Program-made: the position numbers and the translations under genes
Virus record (IMG/VR): IMGVR_UViG_3300005470_000011
Location: 1 to 38,681 of that record
Origin: a virus
Lineage: Duplodnaviria; Caudoviricetes
Strand: one strand, 5' to 3'
Length of the DNA stretch: 38,681 nt
Notes under the pieces: model-generated
What the model saw: only the letters and a program-made list of their open reading frames with translations
Told to the model about the DNA's origin: nothing
Databases searched by the model: none
Shown here: positions 1 to 7,737 of the stretch, in pieces
Layout: every line of letters starts with the position of its first letter
Position numbering within the stretch: position 1 is the first letter of the stretch

Positions 1-777
1 GATATGTATACTCAAGAAGAGTGGGAAGATATTATAAATAATAGAGATTATGATGCTGATAATCATCAACTATACACTATACATGTAGATTCTGCTGTTG
101 AACACTCTATAGAACATATAGAAAAGATAATAGCTATGACAGGTTGTAAAGATGCGGAATTATATTTTACAAGCGGCTTACACTTCAGATACATAGTTGA
201 CCCTGATTATAAAGCTAATAGAGGTGGTATGCATAGACCTCCAGGATTAAATGAAGTGAAAGCTAAAGTATTAGAACACTACTCTGGTAAAATTTGCACT
301 AAATGGGAAGCCGATGATGAAGTAGTTTATCTAAAAAAACAGCATCCAGATAGATATGTTTTATGTGCTGTTGATAAAGATGTTATCAAGTCTGTACCAG
401 GTGAGCATTGGAATTACTATCAGTCTTCTCAATATAATATTCAACCTAAATGGGTTGAGAATACTGAGCAAGAAGCTATGAGATACAACTATTTACAGGC
501 TATTATGGGAGATACAAATGATGGTATTAAAGGTGTTCCAGGGATTGGTAAAGTAGGAGCTGCAAAGTTCGTACCAGAAGATGCTACTGAACATGAGATG
601 TGGCTAGGCGTTGTTAAAGCATTTGAGTCTAAAGGATTATCTATAATAGATGCTATGATAACTATGCAATTAGTATCTATGCATCAATTAATTGAAGTAG
701 ATGGTGAACCTTATTTACATTTATTTAACCCTCAAATGTTTGAAGAGGAGATAGAGTATGAGCTTCATGAAGTTTGA
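1..777 (+). CDS. 5'-3' exonuclease / flap endonuclease (T7 gp6-like), probably 5'-truncated by the window edge
   Basis: Motifs YKANR, WEADD, DKD, GDTNDGIKGVPGIGKVGA (H3TH). The frame is open from base 1 and the N-terminal acidic motif is absent. Confidence 0.9.
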   Translation, partial: DMYTQEEWEDIINNRDYDADNHQLYTIHVDSAVEHSIEHIEKIIAMTGCKDAELYFTSGLHFRYIVDPDYKANRGGMHRPPGLNEVKAKVLEHYSGKICTKWEADDEVVYLKKQHPDRYVLCAVDKDVIKSVPGEHWNYYQSSQYNIQPKWVENTEQEAMRYNYLQAIMGDTNDGIKGVPGIGKVGAAKFVPEDATEHEMWLGVVKAFESKGLSIIDAMITMQLVSMHQLIEVDGEPYLHLFNPQMFEEEIEYELHEV

Positions 778-1045
778 TGATAAAAAGCCTAAAATGCACC
801 TGGTTGACCCTGATTTTCATGAAGATTTAAGTAGAGTACTAACATTAGGTGCACAGAAGTATGCTGAAAATAACTGGAAAAAGAATAAAGATATCAATAG
901 GTATATAAGCGCTTTAGAGCGTCACCTGCTAGAGATAAAACGGGGTAATTTTTATGATGATGAAACATTATTACAACACAGTAGTCATATAGCTTGTAAT
1001 GCTATGTTTCTACACTATATGATAGATAAGAAAAGGAGAAAATGA
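758..1045 (+). CDS. dATP/dGTP diphosphohydrolase domain protein (DUF5664-like)
   Basis: KFDDKKP...VLTLGAQKYAENNW...ALERHL...DDETLLQHSSHIACNAMFL pattern. Confidence 0.85.
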   Translation: MSFMKFDDKKPKMHLVDPDFHEDLSRVLTLGAQKYAENNWKKNKDINRYISALERHLLEIKRGNFYDDETLLQHSSHIACNAMFLHYMIDKKRRK

Positions 1046-1866
1046 TGCAGTTTGAGTTAGAGTATAGAACACTAGTAACTAAGATACTTAATAATGGTGA
1101 ACTAAGAGATACTAGAAATGGCGTAACAAGAGCTATATTTGGTGAGCAACTTAAAATAGATATAAGCAATATTGAAATACCGTTATTGCTAGGTAGAAGA
1201 ATCTATCATAGAGGTATTTTCGGTGAATTTAGTGCTTTTATGCACAATGCTAAATCAGTAGAAGAGTTTGAAAAATATGGGTGTAACTACTGGCAACTGT
1301 GGGCTGATGCCTCTGGTAGACTAGAACTAGATTATTCAGAGCAACTATTTAATTTTAATGGTGTAAATCAGTTACAAAACTTAATAACTTCGCTCAAAGA
1401 AGACCCAAAGAGTAGAAGACATATTATTAGTCTATGGAGACCTGATAGATTTGAAGATATTAGCTTACACTGTTGTCATTACGCTTACCAGTTTTATGTT
1501 GATGAGTGTAATAATTTACATATGTTATGGAATCAAAGGTCAGTTGATGTAATGGTAGGCTTACCTAGCGATATTATATTAGCTTGGTTATGGGTAAAAC
1601 TACTATGTGCTGAGCTTGGATATACTCCAGGTACTATAACTATGAGTCTTGGTGACTGTCATATTTATGAGGAGCATACTAAAGGAGCTATGCAATACTG
1701 TAGTAATGTTAGAGCTGTATATGGAGATAATAATCCGAATAGAAAAATAATGTTACCTACTGTTACACTACAAGAGTTTAGCAGTATTACAGACTTTATG
1801 GCTACAGATATAGAAGTAGATAACTACTTACCTTATGATAAAATTAGCTTTGAGTTAAAGGCTTAA
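1042..1866 (+). CDS. thyA: Thymidylate synthase-family enzyme, predicted dCMP-specific (Asp at the specificity site)
   Basis: SRRH, catalytic Cys in LHCCH, QRSVD, GDCHIYEEH; GLPSD replaces canonical GLPFN. Confidence 0.9.
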   Translation: MMQFELEYRTLVTKILNNGELRDTRNGVTRAIFGEQLKIDISNIEIPLLLGRRIYHRGIFGEFSAFMHNAKSVEEFEKYGCNYWQLWADASGRLELDYSEQLFNFNGVNQLQNLITSLKEDPKSRRHIISLWRPDRFEDISLHCCHYAYQFYVDECNNLHMLWNQRSVDVMVGLPSDIILAWLWVKLLCAELGYTPGTITMSLGDCHIYEEHTKGAMQYCSNVRAVYGDNNPNRKIMLPTVTLQEFSSITDFMATDIEVDNYLPYDKISFELKA

Positions 1867-1867
1867 T

Positions 1868-2212
1868 ATGGTAGGAGCTATATTATTAGATGCAAATAAC
1901 TATTATGTTGATGATTGTGGAGGGCTTCCCGCTAGGCCAGAATATGATAAAGAGCTACTCAAAGCTGTCTGTGCTGGTCAAACTGTGTCTTACGACGGTT
2001 ATGAAATGTTACCAAATAGCATAACACAAAATATGGGTAGACAGGGACCTGATTATTCAGTACCTATTACTATTAGAGAATTAGCAGAAGCTGATGTGCT
2101 AATAGTAGTTAGAGCTCTTAATGAGTGTAGTGGTGGTAAGAGATTCAGGTTAGATAATTTTAAACAAATTGGCTATGGAAATATTGAGATTTATATTAAA
2201 ATTAAACCATAG
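1868..2212 (+). CDS. Degenerate dihydrofolate reductase-like protein
   Basis: N-terminus (GAILLD...GGLP..PEYDKELLK) parallels the DHFR start; directly follows the thyA homologue; short and divergent. Confidence 0.45.
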   Translation: MVGAILLDANNYYVDDCGGLPARPEYDKELLKAVCAGQTVSYDGYEMLPNSITQNMGRQGPDYSVPITIRELAEADVLIVVRALNECSGGKRFRLDNFKQIGYGNIEIYIKIKP

Positions 2213-2217
2213 TTGCA

Positions 2218-2284
2218 CGAGGTTTGATTATAATCAATTTAATATAGATTTTATAGTCTAAATTTTTAAATTGATTATATCTCG
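2218..2284. repeat. Long inverted repeat / hairpin upstream of the HTH gene promoter
   Basis: Perfect 14-bp IR TATAATCAATTTAA (2229-2242) / TTAAATTGATTATA (2266-2279), inner TAGATT/AGTCTA stem, outer CGAG/CTCG. Confidence 0.75.
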
Positions 2285-2304
2285 ATTATGGACCAAATAT
2301 AAAC

Positions 2305-2336
2305 TAAGCTAAATTTAATATTAATTTCGTTATAAT
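2305..2336 (+). promoter_or_regulatory. Sigma70-type promoter
   Basis: TAAGCTAAATTTAATA-N10-TATAAT followed by an AAGGAG RBS; the motif recurs elsewhere. Confidence 0.8.
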
Positions 2337-2358
2337 ATTATATAAATAAAGGAGAGTT

Positions 2359-2571
2359 ATGAAAATTCAAGAGTTGGTATCTTCTTATATAGAAGAGGGG
2401 TTAAAAACTACAGAAATTGCTGAGAAGCTTGGTGTTTCTCAGCCTATGGTTAGTCAATATAAAAAAGGTTACAATGCTTCACTTGATGTAGCTTGTAAAG
2501 TTTATAAAGACTATAATATTGTGTTGTTTCCATTTGGAGAATATGCACTTAAGGAGCTAATCAATGGGTAA
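2359..2571 (+). CDS. XRE-family helix-turn-helix DNA-binding protein
   Basis: TTEIAEKLGVSQPMVSQYKKG HTH. Confidence 0.85.
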   Translation: MKIQELVSSYIEEGLKTTEIAEKLGVSQPMVSQYKKGYNASLDVACKVYKDYNIVLFPFGEYALKELING

Positions 2572-3154
2572 TCTAAGAGAAAATCATCCTGAGTTATGGG
2601 ATAAACCGGAGGAAAAAAGTATGAATTTACTAGAATTAGAAGAAGTAACAATTAAGTGGTCCAAAGATAGAGGTATAATAACTAATGGTAAAGCTACAAC
2701 GCAGGTTATTAAATTAACTAGTGAGTTTGGAGAGTTATGTTTTAATCTTCATACAGGTAAAGATTGTTCTGATGATATAGGTGATATGATGGTAGTTATA
2801 ACTAATATTACACAATTATTAGGTTTTACTAAGGGTATTAGCGAGTGTCCACCAAGAGGAGATGAAGACCAGTTCGGTATATTAAGAGTTGGTGATTATT
2901 TAGGTAGATTGGCTGATAATATAATTAAAAATGAAAAAGAAGAGGCTAGAACTAATATAGGTAATTTAGTTTTTCAACTTATAGATTTATCTAGCAAATT
3001 AGGTATGGACTTAGAAGATTGTTGGAATAAAGCTTATAATGATATTAAAGACCGTAAAGGTTTCTTAACCCCAGAAGGTAACTTTATCAAAGAATCTGAC
3101 TCTGCATATAATAACTATGTAGATAAAAACCAATTAACTATGGTGCTTAAGTAA
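2564..3154 (+). CDS. MazG-like nucleotide pyrophosphohydrolase
   Basis: SEFGEL...DDIGDMMV and AYNDIKDRKG motifs; all-alpha, apparently tandem domains. Confidence 0.8.
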   Translation: MGNLRENHPELWDKPEEKSMNLLELEEVTIKWSKDRGIITNGKATTQVIKLTSEFGELCFNLHTGKDCSDDIGDMMVVITNITQLLGFTKGISECPPRGDEDQFGILRVGDYLGRLADNIIKNEKEEARTNIGNLVFQLIDLSSKLGMDLEDCWNKAYNDIKDRKGFLTPEGNFIKESDSAYNNYVDKNQLTMVLK

Positions 3155-4029
3155 TGATAGCACAGTGTAAAGGCAAAGATATAAGTAAAGTATCTAAATC
3201 AAAACTATTAGAAGGTGGTTGGTATGCAAGTATTAAATATGATGGTAACTATGTACAGATACATAAGAAAGGTAATAGTATTACATTTTTTACGTCTGGA
3301 GGCAAAGAATTTTACATTGAACATATTGCTGATGAGTTATGTAATCTTAATCCTAATGTGGATTTTATTATTGAATGTGAATATATCGCTAATACTTCAG
3401 GTAAGTTGGGATGTCGTACGTCTGCTGCTAAATTAACTACATACAGAACTAACTACAGTAAAGGGCTAGAATCTGGAGCCTTTGTTGGTAATGATATATT
3501 TATGGTGTTTGATTGTATAGCTTATGGTAAAGATAGAGCATTAGTTAACTCGGATACTTTTGAAACTAGACTACAGAATCTTTATGACTTAGATTTAGGT
3601 ACTCACTGTGAAAGAGCATTTATACTAAATAATAAGTTTAGCCTAGATAAAATAGATGCTCAGCCATTTATTAATGATGGGTATGAAGGCTTATTCCTTA
3701 AACATAAAGACCATGTATATCTTCCTGGTAAAAGAGTTAATAATGCTATAAAGCTTAAAGGTAGAAAAACTGCTGACCTATTATGTATAGGAGTTGAGCC
3801 TGGCGAGGGTAAGTATGAAGGTATGATAGGCTCTTTAATATTAACAGATTCTAGTGGTAGAATAGTTAGAGTAGGTAGTGGACTAGATGATAGTGATAGA
3901 AACCTAGCATTTGATTTAGTATTTAAAAACAAGGTAATTGAGATAGAGTATGAACAAATTATTGATACTTATATTCAACCTACATATATTAGAGTTAGAG
4001 ATGATAAAACAAAAGAGGAGATAGACTAA
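3154..4029 (+). CDS. ATP-dependent DNA ligase
   Basis: KYDG motif I, VFD, GYEGLFLK, C-terminal OB fold (GEGKYEGMIGSL, VGSG). Confidence 0.92.
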   Translation: MIAQCKGKDISKVSKSKLLEGGWYASIKYDGNYVQIHKKGNSITFFTSGGKEFYIEHIADELCNLNPNVDFIIECEYIANTSGKLGCRTSAAKLTTYRTNYSKGLESGAFVGNDIFMVFDCIAYGKDRALVNSDTFETRLQNLYDLDLGTHCERAFILNNKFSLDKIDAQPFINDGYEGLFLKHKDHVYLPGKRVNNAIKLKGRKTADLLCIGVEPGEGKYEGMIGSLILTDSSGRIVRVGSGLDDSDRNLAFDLVFKNKVIEIEYEQIIDTYIQPTYIRVRDDKTKEEID

Positions 4030-4208
4030 TGAAGTTAAAAGAATGTAAGGAAGGTGATGCAGTTATTATCAATGGAGATAAAGCAACTATTATACATATA
4101 GAGCTAGGTACAGTAACAGTTCAGTATGAAGGTTGCCCACACTATAGTAAATGGTATGATAGTAAAGAGGTTACGCTATGCGAGAGTCAGTCTACCAATC
4201 AAAAATAA
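4029..4208 (+). CDS. Small hypothetical protein (59 aa, MKLKECKEGDAV...), not in the ORF track
   Basis: TAATG coupling to the ligase stop, GAGGAG RBS, fills the gap to the next gene. Confidence 0.7.
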   Translation: MKLKECKEGDAVIINGDKATIIHIELGTVTVQYEGCPHYSKWYDSKEVTLCESQSTNQK

Positions 4209-4534
4209 TAAAAGCTTTTGAAGCGATAGGTGGTTGGTGTGTTAATGGTCTACTTACTAAAAAAGGTGAGCTAGACCTTAATGGAGGTTACCCAATTGAA
4301 GGTAGATTATACTATATTGCGGTAGAAGTTAAAACAGAAAAGGCTTATAACTATATGATGCAAGGTATTGAGATTAAAGATAATAGATATATTATTAAAG
4401 ATTTTACAAAGCTTAAAGACCAAGAGCCTATGCAAATACTAAAGATTAATAAGATTAGAGATAGAGGTGGATTAGCTATATTAGCTTGGAATTTTAATCA
4501 GATAAAGGAGTATGTAGAAAATGACTTACAATGA
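4178..4534 (+). CDS. VRR-NUC / PD-(D/E)xK nuclease (resolvase-like)
   Basis: ESVYQSKI...GELDL...AVEVKT...Q...I...GGLA; next to an SNF2 helicase. Confidence 0.8.
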   Translation: MRESVYQSKIIKAFEAIGGWCVNGLLTKKGELDLNGGYPIEGRLYYIAVEVKTEKAYNYMMQGIEIKDNRYIIKDFTKLKDQEPMQILKINKIRDRGGLAILAWNFNQIKEYVENDLQ

Positions 4535-4745
4535 ATTAAAAGAAATGGGATTTAGCCACGAGGCTATATTAGAGCAAGGTATTAAACCTGAGCTAAAATA
4601 TACTTCCGAGCAATGTGCGGATACATGGAAAATGGTTAAGTGTATGGCTGATAGTAAACGTAAGCTTACATTAGAACAAGATAAACTATTTAAAGATATG
4701 ATGAGTTACCATGACTTCCCAAGGATTAAGTATGCGACCGTATAA
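4521..4745 (+). CDS. Hypothetical protein
   Basis: ORF with AAGGAG RBS within the operon. Confidence 0.65.
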   Translation: MTYNELKEMGFSHEAILEQGIKPELKYTSEQCADTWKMVKCMADSKRKLTLEQDKLFKDMMSYHDFPRIKYATV

Positions 4746-5919
4746 ACATCAAAGTGAAATAGCTTTACAAGGTTATAATATACTAAAAGCCAACGGTTTA
4801 GTATACTTAGCTATGGAAGAACGCACAGGTAAAACTTTAACTTCTATACTAATAGCTGAGATGTCTAAAGCTATTAGTATATTAGTAATAACAAAAAAGA
4901 AGGCTATTCCAGGATGGGAGGATACACTTGAGAACTACAAAGAAGCAAGCAAAGATTATACTGTTATTAATTATGAGTCTTTACATAAGCTCGATAATAC
5001 TAAGAGTTATGATTTAATTATAGTTGATGAAGCTCATGCTAATTTATCAGCCTTCCCTAAGATAGGTAAGATATGGAAATTAGTTTATAGATTTACAAAA
5101 GATAAGCCTATTATATTCTTATCAGCTACACCTAGCGCTCAAACATATGGTCAGCTATATCACCAACTTAAATTATCTAGTTGGTCACCGTTTAAAACAT
5201 ATAAAAACTTTTATGATTGGCATAGAGCGTATGGCATAGAAAAGATTATATACTTATCTGGTAGGCAAGTTAAACAGTATAATGAAGTTAAAAGTAAAGC
5301 ATTTGAAGATTGTAACCATTTATTCCTTAGTTATACTAGAGCAGAGCTAGACTTTAAACATGAACCTGAAGATATAATACATTTAGTGGAGTTACAAAAA
5401 GAAACTAAAGAACTATATAATGAGCTAATGCAATATAGTTGTATACAAACTTTAGAGTATATGGCTGATACACCTATGAAGTTACTTATGGGATTACATC
5501 AGTTAGAAGGCGGAACATTGAAGCTAGATGATAAATCTATATTACTAGATAACACAGAAAAGATAGATTTTATATTAAATGAGTTTGGTGATATAAATGA
5601 CTTAGTTATATTCTATCATTATAAACAAGAAGAGCATAAGCTTAAGAGTTTCTTTAAAAAAGCAACTATATTACAAGCTACGTCATTTGCTGAGGGTGTT
5701 GATTTATCGATGTTTAAAACATTAGTAATCTATTCTATGGATTTTAGTACCGCAAGATATACTCAGCGTAGAGCTAGACAATGCAACATGAAGCGAGATG
5801 AGCCAATCGACGTTCATTATTTACTTTGTGAAAATACTATCTCTAGCCAAGTATATGAAACAGTAGCGGTGAATAAAAAGAACTTTGTTAATAGCTATTT
5901 TAATCGCGAAGAGATTTAG
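4732..5919 (+). CDS. SNF2-like SF2 helicase
   Basis: RPYKHQ, RTGKT, VDEAH, SATP, AEGVDL, QRRAR; start moved to ATG 4732 on the basis of an AAGGA RBS. Confidence 0.9.
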   Translation: MRPYKHQSEIALQGYNILKANGLVYLAMEERTGKTLTSILIAEMSKAISILVITKKKAIPGWEDTLENYKEASKDYTVINYESLHKLDNTKSYDLIIVDEAHANLSAFPKIGKIWKLVYRFTKDKPIIFLSATPSAQTYGQLYHQLKLSSWSPFKTYKNFYDWHRAYGIEKIIYLSGRQVKQYNEVKSKAFEDCNHLFLSYTRAELDFKHEPEDIIHLVELQKETKELYNELMQYSCIQTLEYMADTPMKLLMGLHQLEGGTLKLDDKSILLDNTEKIDFILNEFGDINDLVIFYHYKQEEHKLKSFFKKATILQATSFAEGVDLSMFKTLVIYSMDFSTARYTQRRARQCNMKRDEPIDVHYLLCENTISSQVYETVAVNKKNFVNSYFNREEI

Positions 5920-6242
5920 TTACCTAATAGTCTCTCGTCCTCAAATATAAACCTACTAGGATATTTATCTTGCATCTTCTTAAAGAAGCTAGGTGAATTA
6001 CCTCTTAGGTCTGTATCAACTCTAATCTTTTTGGTTGGGTACTTCTTTATAGTTTTCTCAACTACTTCTGTACCATAGCCTTTACCACTATCTTTAATAC
6101 CAAATAAATCCAATGATACTGTGCCATCCATATTATCTATAATAACAGCATGGTTATTATTAGGTAGTTTAATTTCAAACATACCAAACTCGTCAGCATA
6201 TTCCTCTAGGAAAGCTTCCTCATAAAACTTATTACAAGTCAT
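5916..6242 (-). CDS. GNAT-family acyl/acetyltransferase
   Basis: Motif A-like SGKGYGT and C-terminal SFFKKM. Confidence 0.6.
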   Translation of the reverse strand: MTCNKFYEEAFLEEYADEFGMFEIKLPNNNHAVIIDNMDGTVSLDLFGIKDSGKGYGTEVVEKTIKKYPTKKIRVDTDLRGNSPSFFKKMQDKYPSRFIFEDERLLGN

Positions 6243-7629
6243 TATCTTCTCCTTCTAATGATAGCCTAATAGCTTCCTCAGTTAACCCTAAAGAACCTAT
6301 TAATGAGTATACATCCCACTTAACCTTAGATTCTGGTTTACCTATGACTTCAATAGTATGTAATTCATTAGCCATAGTAGTAAAATCTAAGTTTTTTATT
6401 TTATTATATTCAGATTCAGGCAATCTATACTCTAATTCTGCTAATGTTATAGCAGAATCAATATCTAAGTTAGGTAAGATATTTTTAATTTTACTTTTAT
6501 CATCCTCATTTAAGTTAGAGGTTTTATTTTTATAGTCTTCTTTACCTAATTTAAGCTTTAACCCTTGTTTACTTAACTTTTTCTCAATAGCTTTAATTTG
6601 TTTATCTAAAGCTCTGTAGAACTTAGTAACTCCAGCACTACCGGCTAATTCATTCTCTCTTTCAATAGGAATAACTACTCTATTAGTTCCATTTTCTATA
6701 GACTCATTAATTGCATCAACTATCATTAGTTGTTGAAACTTTTCAGGCTTCATAGGAAAATCAGCTATTATTGCTTTTGGTTCAACTATATAATTATTAT
6801 TAATTGCTACTTCTCTCCAATTATCAGGCAGAAAACCATATTTTTCTTCAACAAGTTGTTTGGTTTTTTCTGTATCTATACTTTGTACTTTGCTTTCAAA
6901 TATCCCTGCACCTTGACGCTCAGCTTGCATCCAATCAGATTGTAACTCATTAAGTACTGTTGTAGGTTTACCGTTAATTTCATCTTGATGTATTCTATTC
7001 CAACCTAGCTGTGATTTGCTAGAGTAAGCTCCGCCATATTCCGCTTCTATTTGCTTGCTAATCTCATCCATTCTTGCTTTAAGCTCATCAGCCTTAGCAT
7101 GGTCAGTAATTCTGTATCCTTCAGCTCTAGTTTCATCAGTTATAAATAGAGCAGTCATTTCCTCTTCTACTTCATTGTACTCATCGCTTAACTGCTCTAT
7201 ATAGGATTCATCTAGTTCAGTATCGCCAAACTCATGCCTTAAGTTAGTAGATTTATTTTGTTTAGTAGTCATGAATTCTTTAACAGTATAATCATCAACT
7301 TCAGCCCCTCTACCGCCTAATGATATATCAGCATAATCTTGACCATCTCCTAAAGTTGTAAACTTATTCTCAAACATCTGCTCACCTAGGTTCATTTGGT
7401 CCCACTCTCTACCTGTGAATACTCTATTATCAGAGCTAAATTGCTCAGGTAATCTACTAGCTTTAATTTCATAAGGTGAAACACCTTGCTTCTTAAGATA
7501 GCCCTCTAACTGGTCCCATGAAAACTTCTGATTAGGCTGAAGATTACTTATAACAGAATTAAGCTTATATTCTAGCTCAATTCCTCTAAAAGCATCTTTT
7601 AATAAGTAGTCACAATTATTTACAGGCAT
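6232..7629 (-). CDS. Putative injected virion protein with a polyvalent-protein-type domain
   Basis: KKQGVSPYEI and VLNELQSDWMQAERQG...FPM...DAINESIENGTNRVVIP resemble phage polyvalent proteins; late operon position. Confidence 0.55.
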   Translation of the reverse strand: MPVNNCDYLLKDAFRGIELEYKLNSVISNLQPNQKFSWDQLEGYLKKQGVSPYEIKASRLPEQFSSDNRVFTGREWDQMNLGEQMFENKFTTLGDGQDYADISLGGRGAEVDDYTVKEFMTTKQNKSTNLRHEFGDTELDESYIEQLSDEYNEVEEEMTALFITDETRAEGYRITDHAKADELKARMDEISKQIEAEYGGAYSSKSQLGWNRIHQDEINGKPTTVLNELQSDWMQAERQGAGIFESKVQSIDTEKTKQLVEEKYGFLPDNWREVAINNNYIVEPKAIIADFPMKPEKFQQLMIVDAINESIENGTNRVVIPIERENELAGSAGVTKFYRALDKQIKAIEKKLSKQGLKLKLGKEDYKNKTSNLNEDDKSKIKNILPNLDIDSAITLAELEYRLPESEYNKIKNLDFTTMANELHTIEVIGKPESKVKWDVYSLIGSLGLTEEAIRLSLEGEDNDL

Positions 7630-7737
7630 CGAATAACTCCTTCATTTTAGTCATAACTATCTTCTTAGCTTCAGACTCAGGCATCTTAACGCCTAGGTCT
7701 TTTTCTATTCTATTAATAAGAATACCAGTTTCAGATT

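Noticed and set aside
2359-2571. CI repressor / lysogeny module
   Set aside because: Only 70 aa, no peptidase domain, and no integrase or att site was recognised
758-3154. 2-aminoadenine (Z) genome suggested by the dATP/dGTP diphosphohydrolase, MazG and a variant PolA
   Set aside because: No PurZ homologue was recognised in what appears to be nearly the whole genome
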